From: Clostridia bacterium
GTDB lineage: Bacteria; Bacillota; Clostridia; Oscillospirales; CAG-272
Reading direction: 5' to 3'
NCBI GenBank assembly: GCA_017387685.1
Contig: JAFOEU010000055.1
Coordinates: 17,602 to 81,601 of the forward strand
DNA: 64,000 bases
Below the pieces are notes generated by a model. That model was given only the letters and a program-made list of their open reading frames with translations, was not told where the DNA came from and searched no databases. Made by a program: the position numbers and the translations under genes. Below are positions 37,385 to 47,000 of the stretch, in pieces; the stretch's first letter is position 1; the number at the start of each line of letters is the position of its first letter.

Positions 37385-38622
37385 GTTACACTGATAAACA
37401 AGAGGAGCTTCTTCGCTCTCTCGACTACGTCGAACCCGAAATGATCGCAGGCGCGGTCAGAAGAATCGACGAAAAGAAGAGCCTCACAAAGGCGGTCAAG
37501 AAAAATAAAGTCAATCTTTACTTTAAGCTCGCGGCAGCCGCCGTGGCATGTCTGGCGATCATCGCGATAGCCTGGCCGACATCGGTTCTTATAACCGAAT
37601 ACTCTGAATACTCCCAAAACTTTTTCGGTGCCGGGAACAGCGGCGCGGATATCGAAAAAATGCCCGAATACGACGGCAGCCGCGGACTGCTTTATGAGAT
37701 AAACGAGGACGGGACCGAGGCAGCATTCATTGGTTACGGAAGCTGTACCGACGAGACCGTTTATATTGCCTCGACCTACGACGGCTTGCCTGTTACGAGG
37801 ATGTATAATAAATCTCATTGGGATGCCGAATACCACCCCGCAGACGTTTACTTTGGCAGCTCCTACGTCAAGCATCTTGTGATCTCGGATACTGTCAAAA
37901 CTATAGATAATGAATGTCTCAGAGAGTGCCCGAAGCTTGAAAGCATTTATTTTGGTGCGGGTATTGAAAAGCTTATGCCGCTGTTTCATAATAGAGCAAA
38001 CAAGGAACTGGTGAAAATTGAGGTTTCTCCCGATAACCCGTATTACGCGGTAAAGGGTAACTGTCTTATTGATACGAGAACAAAGACTCTCGTCATCGGT
38101 ACTCCCACGAGCGTTATTCCGGATGACGGAAGCGTTGAGATTATCGGAAGCAATGCTTTCACCTGGGCAAGCCTTACTATGAAGTCCATCGTAATTCCCG
38201 AGGGGGTTAAGATCATCGAGAGGGAGGCATTTTTCTATTGCGAGGCACTTGAAAGCATTTCGCTTCCGAACAGTATTGAGGTCATTGACTCCCAAGCGTT
38301 CTACGCTTGTGTGAATTTGGAAAAAGCTGAGATCAATGCGGGCTTAAAAGTATTCAATAATGAAGCGTTCTTTTATCTTTGCGGAATTTTATACGGTACA
38401 AAAATATACTATAAAGGTACCGTGGAGCAATGGGAGTCCGTTATAAAGACTTTCAGGGATGAGGACGATATTCGATCCTATGCCATCCGATGCTCCGATG
38501 GCGAATCGCTTTCATCCGCAGGAAGCCTGCGGTGGAAAAATTGGTGGCGCGCTCCCGAATATCAATGGTATTGGGAGAGAAAGTACCCCGGCAGCCCATT
38601 CCTGGATCAGGGCCCGAATTGA
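37381..38622 (+). CDS. putative anti-sigma factor with extracellular BspA-type LRR domain
   Basis: ATGA overlap with the sigma gene; short N-domain, AAAVACL TM, then LRR repeats. Confidence 0.75.
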   Translation: MSYTDKQEELLRSLDYVEPEMIAGAVRRIDEKKSLTKAVKKNKVNLYFKLAAAAVACLAIIAIAWPTSVLITEYSEYSQNFFGAGNSGADIEKMPEYDGSRGLLYEINEDGTEAAFIGYGSCTDETVYIASTYDGLPVTRMYNKSHWDAEYHPADVYFGSSYVKHLVISDTVKTIDNECLRECPKLESIYFGAGIEKLMPLFHNRANKELVKIEVSPDNPYYAVKGNCLIDTRTKTLVIGTPTSVIPDDGSVEIIGSNAFTWASLTMKSIVIPEGVKIIEREAFFYCEALESISLPNSIEVIDSQAFYACVNLEKAEINAGLKVFNNEAFFYLCGILYGTKIYYKGTVEQWESVIKTFRDEDDIRSYAIRCSDGESLSSAGSLRWKNWWRAPEYQWYWERKYPGSPFLDQGPN

Positions 38623-38654
38623 ACCGGACTTCCCGAAGATCTTGAATAATACAC

Positions 38655-38683
38655 AAAAACTCCGCCGATCACGGCGGAGTTTT
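38655..38683 (+). terminator. intrinsic terminator
   Basis: aaaactccgccg-atca-cggcggagtttt. Confidence 0.75.
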
Positions 38684-38762
38684 GTTCTGCAAAAATCTTG
38701 ACTTTTCGCCCATTTTGTGCTATATTATATAAGGAATATTATTCTTATAAGGAAGAAAAATT

Positions 38763-39509
38763 ATGATACTTACATACCCTTCGCAGATCGACACCTCGAA
38801 GCTGAAGGTCATCGCCTTCGACCTTGACGGTACCCTGACTCAGCATCGCACTCCCCTTGACGATGCTAACCGCGCCGTTCTTGACAAGCTTTCGAAAAAA
38901 TACCGCATCCTGATGGTCGGTGCGGGTATGTGTGCGCGCATCTTCAACCAGATGGGCGGCTACCCGGTCGATATCCTCGGCAACTACGGCTTGCAGTACG
39001 CTAAATACAATCCCGAAACCAAAACGATCGACGTCATTCGCGACACCGTCCTTCCCTGCGACCGCGAATCGTCCGCAGAAAAGGTCGAGGCGATGCGCCG
39101 CGAGTTCGGACTGACCGAGTACGCGGGCGAGAGCATCGAGTTCCACGCTTCGGGCGCGATCACATTCCCCCTCCTCGGTAAGTCCGCGAAGATCGAGGAC
39201 AAGCTCGCCTTCGACCCCGACCGCGCAAAGCGCCGTCCGATGTACCCGCGCGTCAAGGAGCTTTTCCCCGAATACACCGTTTTCATCGGCGGCTCGTCCT
39301 CCTTTGATATGGTGCCCGCTCCAAACGATAAGTTCTACGCTCTCTCAAAGCTCTGCGCCGAGGAAGGCTACTCACACGACGAGGTCCTCTACGTCGGCGA
39401 CGACTACCTCGAGGGCGGCAACGACCACGCGGTTGCTGTTTCCGACATCGCTTTCGTAACGATTGACGATTACACAAAGCTCTCCGAGCGCCTCGCATTC
39501 CTCCTCTGA
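38763..39509 (+). CDS. HAD-IIB hydrolase, phosphomannomutase-like
   Basis: FDLDGTLT, FDPDRAKR, IGGSSSFD, VGDDYLEGGND. Confidence 0.78.
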   Translation: MILTYPSQIDTSKLKVIAFDLDGTLTQHRTPLDDANRAVLDKLSKKYRILMVGAGMCARIFNQMGGYPVDILGNYGLQYAKYNPETKTIDVIRDTVLPCDRESSAEKVEAMRREFGLTEYAGESIEFHASGAITFPLLGKSAKIEDKLAFDPDRAKRRPMYPRVKELFPEYTVFIGGSSSFDMVPAPNDKFYALSKLCAEEGYSHDEVLYVGDDYLEGGNDHAVAVSDIAFVTIDDYTKLSERLAFLL

Positions 39510-39539
39510 TCTCTTTTTCACCCGAAACGAGGTGATACC

Positions 39540-40877
39540 GTGAAAAAGACAGGCATATTTCTTTATGCATTTTACCTTATCATCTGCACCTTTTGCGGAC
39601 TTTCATTTCCGCTTTTGAGGGAAAATATCAATTATTTATACCTCTTTATCCCCGCTTTTATCGTCCTCAACCTCTTCGTCGGCGTTTTTTCGGCTAAAAT
39701 GCCGAGCCTGCGGCTTCGCGTATGCCGTCACGGCGCTCTGTTGCTTGCGGTCTTTCTGCCGAGCGCGTGCGTCGCGGTGATACACCACGTCGTCCTCGCG
39801 TTCAAAATGATCCCCGGCGATTGGAAGAACTGGCTCTGGCACGCACTTTTCGCCTTCGGATTTTATTTCGTGATCTTTTGGAACGGAATAATCTGCGTAT
39901 ATCTGACCTCTGCTCAGCTCGGTATCAGACAGCGCGCCATCGGTCTGATCTGCGGACTCATCCCCGTCGCGAACGTCTTCTGTCTTGTTTCGATAATAAA
40001 AACCACGCTCCGCGAGGTCAAATTTGAGGCAGAAAAGGAAGAGATCAACCGTGCACGCGCCGACGAGCGCGTTTGCGCGACGAAATACCCGATCCTGCTC
40101 GTCCACGGCGTCTGCTTCCGCGACAGCAAGATCTTCAACTATTGGGGACGCATCCCGCGCGAGCTCGAGCGCAACGGCGCGCGCGTCTTTTACGGCAACC
40201 ACCACTCCGCTTCCTCTGTCGCCTTCTGCGGCGAGGAGCTTGCCGAGCGCATCCGCGAGATCGTCCGTGAGACGGGCGCGGAAAAGGTCAACATCATAGC
40301 GCACTCCAAGGGCGGCCTTGATTGCCGTTACGCCATTGCAAAATGCGGCGTTGCCGACCTCGTTGCATCGTTAACTACCATAAATTCTCCTCACAAGGGC
40401 TGTCAGTACGCCGACACTCTCCTGACCGTCATCCCGAACCAAGTTCAGGACAAGGTCGCGACCACTTATAACAAGGCTATGCGCCATCTCGGCGATATTT
40501 CCCCCGACTTTCTCACCGCGATGTCGAATCTGACCGCATCCTATTGCGCAGAACTCGCCCTCGAGCTCGACGACGCTGTGGAAAAGCACGGAATATACCG
40601 CCAAAGCATCGGCTCGATCATGGGAAGCGCGAAAAGCGCGGGCTTTCCGCTGAACTACTTTTACCTCATCGTTAAGGATTTTGACGGCCCGAATGACGGT
40701 CTTGTCAGCGATAAGTCATTTGAATTCGGCGAAAAATTCACTCTGCTGACCCCTAAAACCCGTCGCGGAATATCGCATATGGACGTTATTGATATGGTGA
40801 AAATGGACGTTCCCGACTTTGACGTGCGCGAGTTTTACGTTGACCTCGTGCGCGATCTTCGTGAACGCGGACTCTAA
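39540..40877 (+). CDS. membrane-anchored triacylglycerol lipase (alpha/beta hydrolase)
   Basis: N-terminal TM helices, YPILLVHG, AHSKGG, NDGLV, SHMD. Confidence 0.82.
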   Translation: MKKTGIFLYAFYLIICTFCGLSFPLLRENINYLYLFIPAFIVLNLFVGVFSAKMPSLRLRVCRHGALLLAVFLPSACVAVIHHVVLAFKMIPGDWKNWLWHALFAFGFYFVIFWNGIICVYLTSAQLGIRQRAIGLICGLIPVANVFCLVSIIKTTLREVKFEAEKEEINRARADERVCATKYPILLVHGVCFRDSKIFNYWGRIPRELERNGARVFYGNHHSASSVAFCGEELAERIREIVRETGAEKVNIIAHSKGGLDCRYAIAKCGVADLVASLTTINSPHKGCQYADTLLTVIPNQVQDKVATTYNKAMRHLGDISPDFLTAMSNLTASYCAELALELDDAVEKHGIYRQSIGSIMGSAKSAGFPLNYFYLIVKDFDGPNDGLVSDKSFEFGEKFTLLTPKTRRGISHMDVIDMVKMDVPDFDVREFYVDLVRDLRERGL

Positions 40878-40909
40878 AAAATCGTATATATATTAAATAG
40901 GAAGAAAAA

Positions 40910-42778
40910 ATGAAACTAAAGACAAGTGTTGCCGTCGTCGGAGGCGGTCACGCGGGTGTCGAAGCGGCTCTCGCATGCGCCCGACTCGGCATTGACACAA
41001 CTCTCTTCTCGCTCTCGCTCGATCAGCTCGGCAATATGCCCTGCAATCCCTCGATCGGCGGCACGGCAAAGGGCCATCTCGTATATGAGATCGATGCCCT
41101 CGGCGGTGAGATGGGCAGAGCGGCTGATAAGGTCACTCTCCAATCGCGAACTCTCAACCTCGGCAAGGGTGCGGCGGTTCATTCAAAGCGCGTTCAAGCC
41201 GACCGCCGCAAATATCAGGAGGTAATCAAGCACACGCTTGAGTTGACCGAAAATCTCCGTTTGCTCCAGGCGGAGGTGACCGAGATAATTACCGCTCCTG
41301 ACGGTGAAAATCGCCGCGTTGTCGGTCTGCGCACCGCTTTCGGCGAGGAATATGAGTGCGAGAAGATCATAATTGCTACCGGAACCTATCTCGACAGCCG
41401 CATTTTTGTAGGTGATCGAGCGATAGTTGCGGGTCCCGACGGCTCTGTTGCCGCTTGCGCACTTACAAAGTCGCTCGCGGATGCGGGACTTTCGATCCGC
41501 CGCTTCAAAACGGGTACTCCTCCGAGAATTCTGCGCTCGTCGGTCGACTTCTCACAGCTTGAAATTCAGCTTGGCGAGGATGAGATCATCCCCTTCTCCG
41601 CTGACACGGAAGAGCAGTCGATGCAAGCGATCGAGCAGTTCCCTTGCCATATAGTCTATACAAATCTTGATACACATAAGATCATACTGGATAATATTAC
41701 CAAATCGGCAATGTATTCGGGTATGATCAGCGGTGTAGGACCCCGTTATTGCCCCTCGATTGAGGACAAGATCAAGCGTTTCGCCGACAAAGAGCGCCAT
41801 CAGCTCTTCCTCGAGCCGATGGGCGAAAACAATGAGGAGCTTTATCTTCAGGGCTTTTCCACTTCCCTGCCTCCCGATATTCAGGACAAGATGCTCCGCA
41901 CGCTGCCCGGATTCAAGGATGCTGTGATTACGCGCTACGCCTACGCGATCGAATATGATTGCGCCGATCCGACCGATCTCTACCCCACCCTCGAACACAA
42001 ACGCGTTTCGGGACTTTACGGTGCGGGACAGTTCAATGGTACTTCGGGCTATGAAGAGGCAGCTTCGCAAGGTTTGATCGCGGGAATCAATGCCGCACTG
42101 TCGCTCAAGGGCGAAGAACCCCTGATTTTGCACCGTTTTGACGGCTATATTGGTACTCTTATCGACGATCTCGTCACAAAAGGCACGAACGAGCCTTACA
42201 GAATGATGACATCGCGCTCCGAATACCGTCTTCTCCACCGTCAAGATAACGCAGATGCCCGTCTGACTCCTTATGGACGCCGCGTTGGTCTTATTTCCGA
42301 TGAAAGATTCGCGCGTTTTGAAAGCAGACAGCAGCTGATCGCGGATGAAAAGGCGAGAATAGAACAAGTGTTCGCACGCCCTGCGGATGCCACTTCCCTT
42401 CCCGAGGGTGTCGTTATCCCCGCTCACGGCGCGAGCGTGGCTGATCTGCTTCGCAGACCTGAAATATCCTATGATGACACCGCCGCGATTGATAAAAAGC
42501 GCCCCGCTCTTCCCCGCTCTATCACAAGAACGGTTCAATATGACGTCAAATACGCCGGATACCTCCGCAGACAGACCGCTGAGATCAACCGTCAGGCTCG
42601 TCTTGAGGAATTTAAGCTCCCCAACGATATAAATTATGCTGAAATTGGCGGACTTCGTATCGAAGCGGTTCAAAAGCTCTCAAAGATCCGACCCGTAACC
42701 CTCGGACAAGCGTCGCGAATCAGCGGAGTTTCTCCCGCAGACATTTCGGTTCTTTTGATCCGACTTGGTTTGAAATGA
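40910..42778 (+). CDS. mnmG: tRNA uridine-5-carboxymethylaminomethyl(34) synthesis enzyme
   Basis: GGGHAGVEAA, MPCNPSIGG, FKTGTPPR, GPRYCPSIEDK, GTSGYEEAA. Confidence 0.97.
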   Translation: MKLKTSVAVVGGGHAGVEAALACARLGIDTTLFSLSLDQLGNMPCNPSIGGTAKGHLVYEIDALGGEMGRAADKVTLQSRTLNLGKGAAVHSKRVQADRRKYQEVIKHTLELTENLRLLQAEVTEIITAPDGENRRVVGLRTAFGEEYECEKIIIATGTYLDSRIFVGDRAIVAGPDGSVAACALTKSLADAGLSIRRFKTGTPPRILRSSVDFSQLEIQLGEDEIIPFSADTEEQSMQAIEQFPCHIVYTNLDTHKIILDNITKSAMYSGMISGVGPRYCPSIEDKIKRFADKERHQLFLEPMGENNEELYLQGFSTSLPPDIQDKMLRTLPGFKDAVITRYAYAIEYDCADPTDLYPTLEHKRVSGLYGAGQFNGTSGYEEAASQGLIAGINAALSLKGEEPLILHRFDGYIGTLIDDLVTKGTNEPYRMMTSRSEYRLLHRQDNADARLTPYGRRVGLISDERFARFESRQQLIADEKARIEQVFARPADATSLPEGVVIPAHGASVADLLRRPEISYDDTAAIDKKRPALPRSITRTVQYDVKYAGYLRRQTAEINRQARLEEFKLPNDINYAEIGGLRIEAVQKLSKIRPVTLGQASRISGVSPADISVLLIRLGLK

Positions 42779-42787
42779 GGTGACTTT

Positions 42788-43531
42788 ATGACAGAAATTA
42801 TCCACAACGACAATTATGCGGCTTATCTTGCTTCTGTTCTTACTAAAAACGGTCTTTCGGCATACGCTACCGATGATATTTGCATAAAGCTATCTGAATT
42901 TTGCGATTATTTGCTTGAACAGAATAAATTCTTTAATTTAACGGCTATAAAAACCCCCGAATCTGCGGCTTTACTTCATTTTGCTGATAGCTTAACGTTA
43001 TCAAAGTATATTCCCACGAATGCAAATATCCTTGATATAGGCTCAGGTGCGGGATTCCCGGCGATTCCGCTTGCTATTGCAAGACCTGACATTACTGTAA
43101 CTGCGCTTGATTCCACGCTTAAACGCGTAAATTTCATTAATTCAGCAGCTGAAAAGCTTGGTTTGACTAATATCTCCGCCGTTTGTCACCGTGCAGAAGA
43201 TGTTACGGGTAAGGAATTCAAGGAATCCTTCGACATTGTGACAGCAAGAGCTGTTGCATCTTATCCGGTGCTCTTAGAGCTCGCGATACCTGCTGTAAAG
43301 GTTGGCGGAAGATTCGTTGCAATGAAATCCAAGGATGTTTCACGTGAAACGGATGGCATTGAAAAGATATTGAAGCTGATTTCGATAAGCAAGCCCACTT
43401 TCAATATTTCCGAGATTTCGAACGCTGAAGAAACTTTTGAAAGATGCATAGTCGAAGTTTCAAAGCTTGCATCGACACCGCCGAAATATCCGCGAGTATA
43501 CACCCAAATTAAGAAGAAATCAATATTCTAA
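42788..43531 (+). CDS. rsmG: 16S rRNA m7G527 methyltransferase
   Basis: NLTAI, HFADSL, DIGSGAGFP, TARAVA, TPPKYPR. Confidence 0.95.
   Translation: MTEIIHNDNYAAYLASVLTKNGLSAYATDDICIKLSEFCDYLLEQNKFFNLTAIKTPESAALLHFADSLTLSKYIPTNANILDIGSGAGFPAIPLAIARPDITVTALDSTLKRVNFINSAAEKLGLTNISAVCHRAEDVTGKEFKESFDIVTARAVASYPVLLELAIPAVKVGGRFVAMKSKDVSRETDGIEKILKLISISKPTFNISEISNAEETFERCIVEVSKLASTPPKYPRVYTQIKKKSIF
43336..43351. promoter_or_regulatory. parS site (inside rsmG)
   Basis: TGTTTCACGTGAAACG. Confidence 0.85.
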
Positions 43532-43544
43532 TATGAAATCCCGA

Positions 43545-43560
43545 TGTTTCACGTGAAACG
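43545..43560. promoter_or_regulatory. parS site (within a terminator-like hairpin)
   Basis: TGTTTCACGTGAAACG flanked by aaatcccga / tcgggattt. Confidence 0.88.
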
Positions 43561-43582
43561 TCGGGATTTTCTTGGTTCTGCA

Positions 43583-43598
43583 CGTTTCACGTGAAACA
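43583..43598. promoter_or_regulatory. parS site
   Basis: CGTTTCACGTGAAACA. Confidence 0.88.
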
Positions 43599-43695
43599 TG
43601 ATGTAAATATTATGTAATTTACAATATGTTATTGATTTGTAAGGCGAAAGATGATATAATAATATAGAATACATATCATCACGGAGGTGACACAC

Positions 43696-44484
43696 GTGGG
43701 AAAGATAATTTCATTTGCAAATCAGAAGGGAGGAGTCGGAAAAACGACTTCTGCCGTTAATATAGCAGCCTCGCTCGGTCTGCTTGATAAAAAAGTTCTT
43801 ATGGTAGACCTTGACCCTCAGGGAAACACCACAAGCGGAGTCGGCGTTCAGAAAAAGGGACTTAAGACCACAATCAGAGAGATTTTGCTTGCATCCGAGG
43901 TCGGAGGAGGAAAGACGCCTTATGAAATGGCGCAAAAAGCTATTGTTAAGACAGAATTTGACAATCTCTCTGTAATTCCGTCCACAATTTCGCTTGCAGG
44001 GGCTGAATTTGATCTATTTTCGATCGAAAACAGCGAATTCATACTCAAAGAGGCACTTACACCCCTCAAGGACGTCTATGATTATATCATTATCGACTGT
44101 CCTCCGTCGCTCGGAATGCTTACAGTAAATGCTCTTGCGGCAAGTGACGGTGTAATTATACCTATGCAGTGTGAATTTTACGCTCTTGAGGGACTTTCTC
44201 AGCTTGTAATAACTATTTCTCGCATAAAGCAGAAGTATAACAAAAATCTTACCGTCACGGGTATTCTTCTCACAATGTATAATGCGAGATTGCTCCTTAC
44301 CACTCAGGTTGTGGCTGAGCTTAAGAAGCATTACTATGAAAAGCTCTTTTCGACCGCAATTTCGCGCGGTGTAAGGCTTTCAGAGGCTCCTTCGTTCGGT
44401 ATGCCGGTATATTATCACGATCCTAACTCAAAGGGAAGCCGTGAATACCTTGAAGTAGCGCGAGAGCTGCTCGAAAGAATATAA
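43696..44484 (+). CDS. parA: chromosome partitioning ATPase ParA/Soj
   Basis: ANQKGGVGKTT, DLDPQGN, DCPPSLG, EAPSFG; GGAGGTG RBS before GTG. Confidence 0.95.
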   Translation: MGKIISFANQKGGVGKTTSAVNIAASLGLLDKKVLMVDLDPQGNTTSGVGVQKKGLKTTIREILLASEVGGGKTPYEMAQKAIVKTEFDNLSVIPSTISLAGAEFDLFSIENSEFILKEALTPLKDVYDYIIIDCPPSLGMLTVNALAASDGVIIPMQCEFYALEGLSQLVITISRIKQKYNKNLTVTGILLTMYNARLLLTTQVVAELKKHYYEKLFSTAISRGVRLSEAPSFGMPVYYHDPNSKGSREYLEVARELLERI

Positions 44485-44507
44485 AATAATAGCAGAAGAG
44501 GAAGAAA

Positions 44508-45410
44508 ATGGCAAAAACAAAGAAAGCAGGTCTCGGACGCGACTTTAATTCGCTCTTCGAAGACAATTTTATAGATACTAAGAAAAACCCCGCTGAGCTT
44601 ATCCGCATCAGCGACATTGAACCTAACCCCGATCAGCCTCGTAAAACCTTTGACGAGGCAGAACTTGCGTCTCTTGCGGCTTCGATAGCAGAGCACGGAC
44701 TTCTTCAGCCCATTCTCGTTGCTGAGAGTAGCGTTCTGACAGGAACTTACCGCATTATTGCGGGTGAAAGACGTTGGCGCGCCTCCAGAATGGCGGGGCT
44801 CGATGAAATTCCTTGCGTTATCTTCGACGGTGACGAGCTCGCTGAGGCTCAGGTAGCGCTTGTCGAGAATATTCAGCGAAGCAACCTCAACCCGATCGAA
44901 GAAGCGATGGGTTATAAGGCTCTTATCGAGCGATTCGGTATGACTCAGGAGAATCTTGCGCTTAAAATGGGCAAATCCCGTCCTGCAATCGCAAATTCTA
45001 TGCGACTTCTCGATCTTCCCGAGGAAATTTTACCTCTCGTTGCTGAGGGAAAGCTCAGCGCAGGCCACGCGAGAACTCTGCTCGGACTTGTTTCACGTGA
45101 AAACATTGCAATTCTTGCGGATAGAACCATTAACGAAGGCCTTTCGGTCCGCGCGCTTGAGGCTGAGGTTAAAAAGTATAATAAACCTGCACCCGCCCCG
45201 AAGCCCGCAAAGCCCCAAAAGCCTATTGACGAGCAGACCTCGGTTTATATGGAGCAGCTTGAGCGCCGTGCGGTCGAGCTTTCGGGCAGACGCGTTAAGA
45301 TCAAGGACATGGGCGTAGGGAAGAGAAGAATAGAGATTGATTTCGACGATACCGACGATCTCTCCGAGCTTCTCCTTACCCTCTGCGGCCCCGATATTTT
45401 CAATTTATAA
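44508..45410 (+). CDS. parB: chromosome partitioning protein ParB/Spo0J
   Basis: GLGR N-terminus, PNPDQPRK, IAGERRWRA, ENIQR, GHAR. Confidence 0.95.
   Translation: MAKTKKAGLGRDFNSLFEDNFIDTKKNPAELIRISDIEPNPDQPRKTFDEAELASLAASIAEHGLLQPILVAESSVLTGTYRIIAGERRWRASRMAGLDEIPCVIFDGDELAEAQVALVENIQRSNLNPIEEAMGYKALIERFGMTQENLALKMGKSRPAIANSMRLLDLPEEILPLVAEGKLSAGHARTLLGLVSRENIAILADRTINEGLSVRALEAEVKKYNKPAPAPKPAKPQKPIDEQTSVYMEQLERRAVELSGRRVKIKDMGVGKRRIEIDFDDTDDLSELLLTLCGPDIFNL
45089..45104. promoter_or_regulatory. parS-like site inside parB
   Basis: TGTTTCACGTGAAAAC. Confidence 0.6.
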
Positions 45411-45426
45411 TAAACAGGCAGATAAA

Positions 45427-46080
45427 ATGAAGTATTTAGCACTTTATTCGGAAGAAATCAACCTCCGCGAAATACTTGACGAGATATTTTCGCTTGATAT
45501 GGGACAGTACGATAATCTCGGATTTGGAGATTTCGCGTTCGCAAATCTGCGAAACATCATTTTCGGTCTTATTCTCGGCATAATTTTTGCCTCTTATCTC
45601 GTAATCTTCAATAAAAGAGTCTACGGAGAGTTCGTTCGTTCTTTGATTGGTGAGAATTGTTCATCGCCTGAAACGGCAAAAACTCTCGCCCAGCTCGGTT
45701 ATATGAAGAACAGCGCGGTGCGATCCGCCATCAAAACCGGCCACGAATACCGCGGAATCGTTCGTTGCCCCGAGGCAGATGAGTATTACGCCGCCCGAGA
45801 GCAGGCGAGAGGCGAGTATGAGGCGCGAGTAGCGGCATCGGGCGAGCGCGCTCCGGCGTTTTCATCTCTTGAGTTCAAATACGACTTCACGACGGCGCGA
45901 TTCTACATCCCGGAGGATAAGCATTTCACGGCAACAGAAAGATTTGAGAAAAAAGGAACAAGTGTTCTTTCCGCGATCGCGATTACCGCAATCTCACTCG
46001 TCCTGTTTTTCCTGATAATCAAATTCCTCCCCGATATTATGCAATTCCTCGATAATTTCGTGGGAATTATTAACAGTTAA
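45427..46080 (+). CDS. hypothetical membrane protein
   Basis: Two TM segments; operon spacing after parB. Confidence 0.6.
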   Translation: MKYLALYSEEINLREILDEIFSLDMGQYDNLGFGDFAFANLRNIIFGLILGIIFASYLVIFNKRVYGEFVRSLIGENCSSPETAKTLAQLGYMKNSAVRSAIKTGHEYRGIVRCPEADEYYAAREQARGEYEARVAASGERAPAFSSLEFKYDFTTARFYIPEDKHFTATERFEKKGTSVLSAIAITAISLVLFFLIIKFLPDIMQFLDNFVGIINS

Positions 46081-46090
46081 GAGGTAATTT

Positions 46091-46909
46091 ATGGAATACA
46101 AACAAAAACCATATCGCAATCTCAGGCTCAAGTATCCCTTCCTGACGATCGCGGGTCTGGCGTTGGCGGTATTTTTGCTCGGCATCGGCATCGCGGCGAT
46201 TTTCGGTGCTCGCGACACGAGCCTTACGCTCTCAGACGGCGAAGAGATCAGATTTACCGGTCTTTTTGACAAGGACGGCAAACCGATTTCGGGAACGATC
46301 TACTACGCCAACGGCCTTTCAGCCGAGATCGACCTCGAGGCGGGCAAGGTGACCTATTCGGACGGCACCGTCTTCTTCGGCGAGCTTGACTCCGATTACC
46401 GCAGAAGCGGAAAGGGAAGCATCACCTGGCAGAACGGTGACAGCTATGAGGGAGATTTTGTTTCTGATAAGCTTTCGGGAAGCGGAATTTACACCTTCAA
46501 AAGCGGAGACGTTTACGAGGGAGAATTCCTTGAAGGAAAGAAGCACGGCAAGGGAAAGTACACAGCCTCTGACGGCTCATATTACGATGGCGAATTTGAA
46601 AACAATCTGCGCCACGGCGCGGGCCTGCTCGTATCGAGCGATGGCGGCGTTTACGAAGGCGAATTTGTGAAGGGAATCAAATCCGGCTTCGGAAAATACA
46701 TATATCCGAACGGTGACGTCTACGAGGGCGAGTTCGCAGGTGATCTGCGCCACGGCGAAGGCAAATATATCTGGGCAAACGGCGAGACCTATACGGGCGA
46801 GTTTGCAAACGGAAATATGCACGGCTACGGCACCTACACATGGCCCGAGGGCAGACCGTCCTACACGGGATATTTTAAGGACGGCAAGATCGTCGTCGTT
46901 GATGATTGA
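46091..46909 (+). CDS. membrane-anchored MORN repeat protein
   Basis: Repeated YEGEF..G.(R/K)HG.G.Y...NG. Confidence 0.88.
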   Translation: MEYKQKPYRNLRLKYPFLTIAGLALAVFLLGIGIAAIFGARDTSLTLSDGEEIRFTGLFDKDGKPISGTIYYANGLSAEIDLEAGKVTYSDGTVFFGELDSDYRRSGKGSITWQNGDSYEGDFVSDKLSGSGIYTFKSGDVYEGEFLEGKKHGKGKYTASDGSYYDGEFENNLRHGAGLLVSSDGGVYEGEFVKGIKSGFGKYIYPNGDVYEGEFAGDLRHGEGKYIWANGETYTGEFANGNMHGYGTYTWPEGRPSYTGYFKDGKIVVVDD

Positions 46910-46947
46910 ATACAAGGCACTTCGCAAGAGGTGCCTTTATTTTTTCC

Positions 46948-46976
46948 TTGACAAAATCCGACCTTGATGATATAAT
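46948..46976 (+). promoter_or_regulatory. sigmaA promoter of the ABC operon
   Basis: TTGACA-N17-TATAAT. Confidence 0.75.
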
Positions 46977-47000
46977 TATTATGTATGGAAAGTTGGTGTT

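Noticed and set aside
46940-47000. Cobalamin riboswitch upstream of the ABC importer
   Set aside because: The promoter lies only ~25 nt from the start codon; no room and no B12 box.
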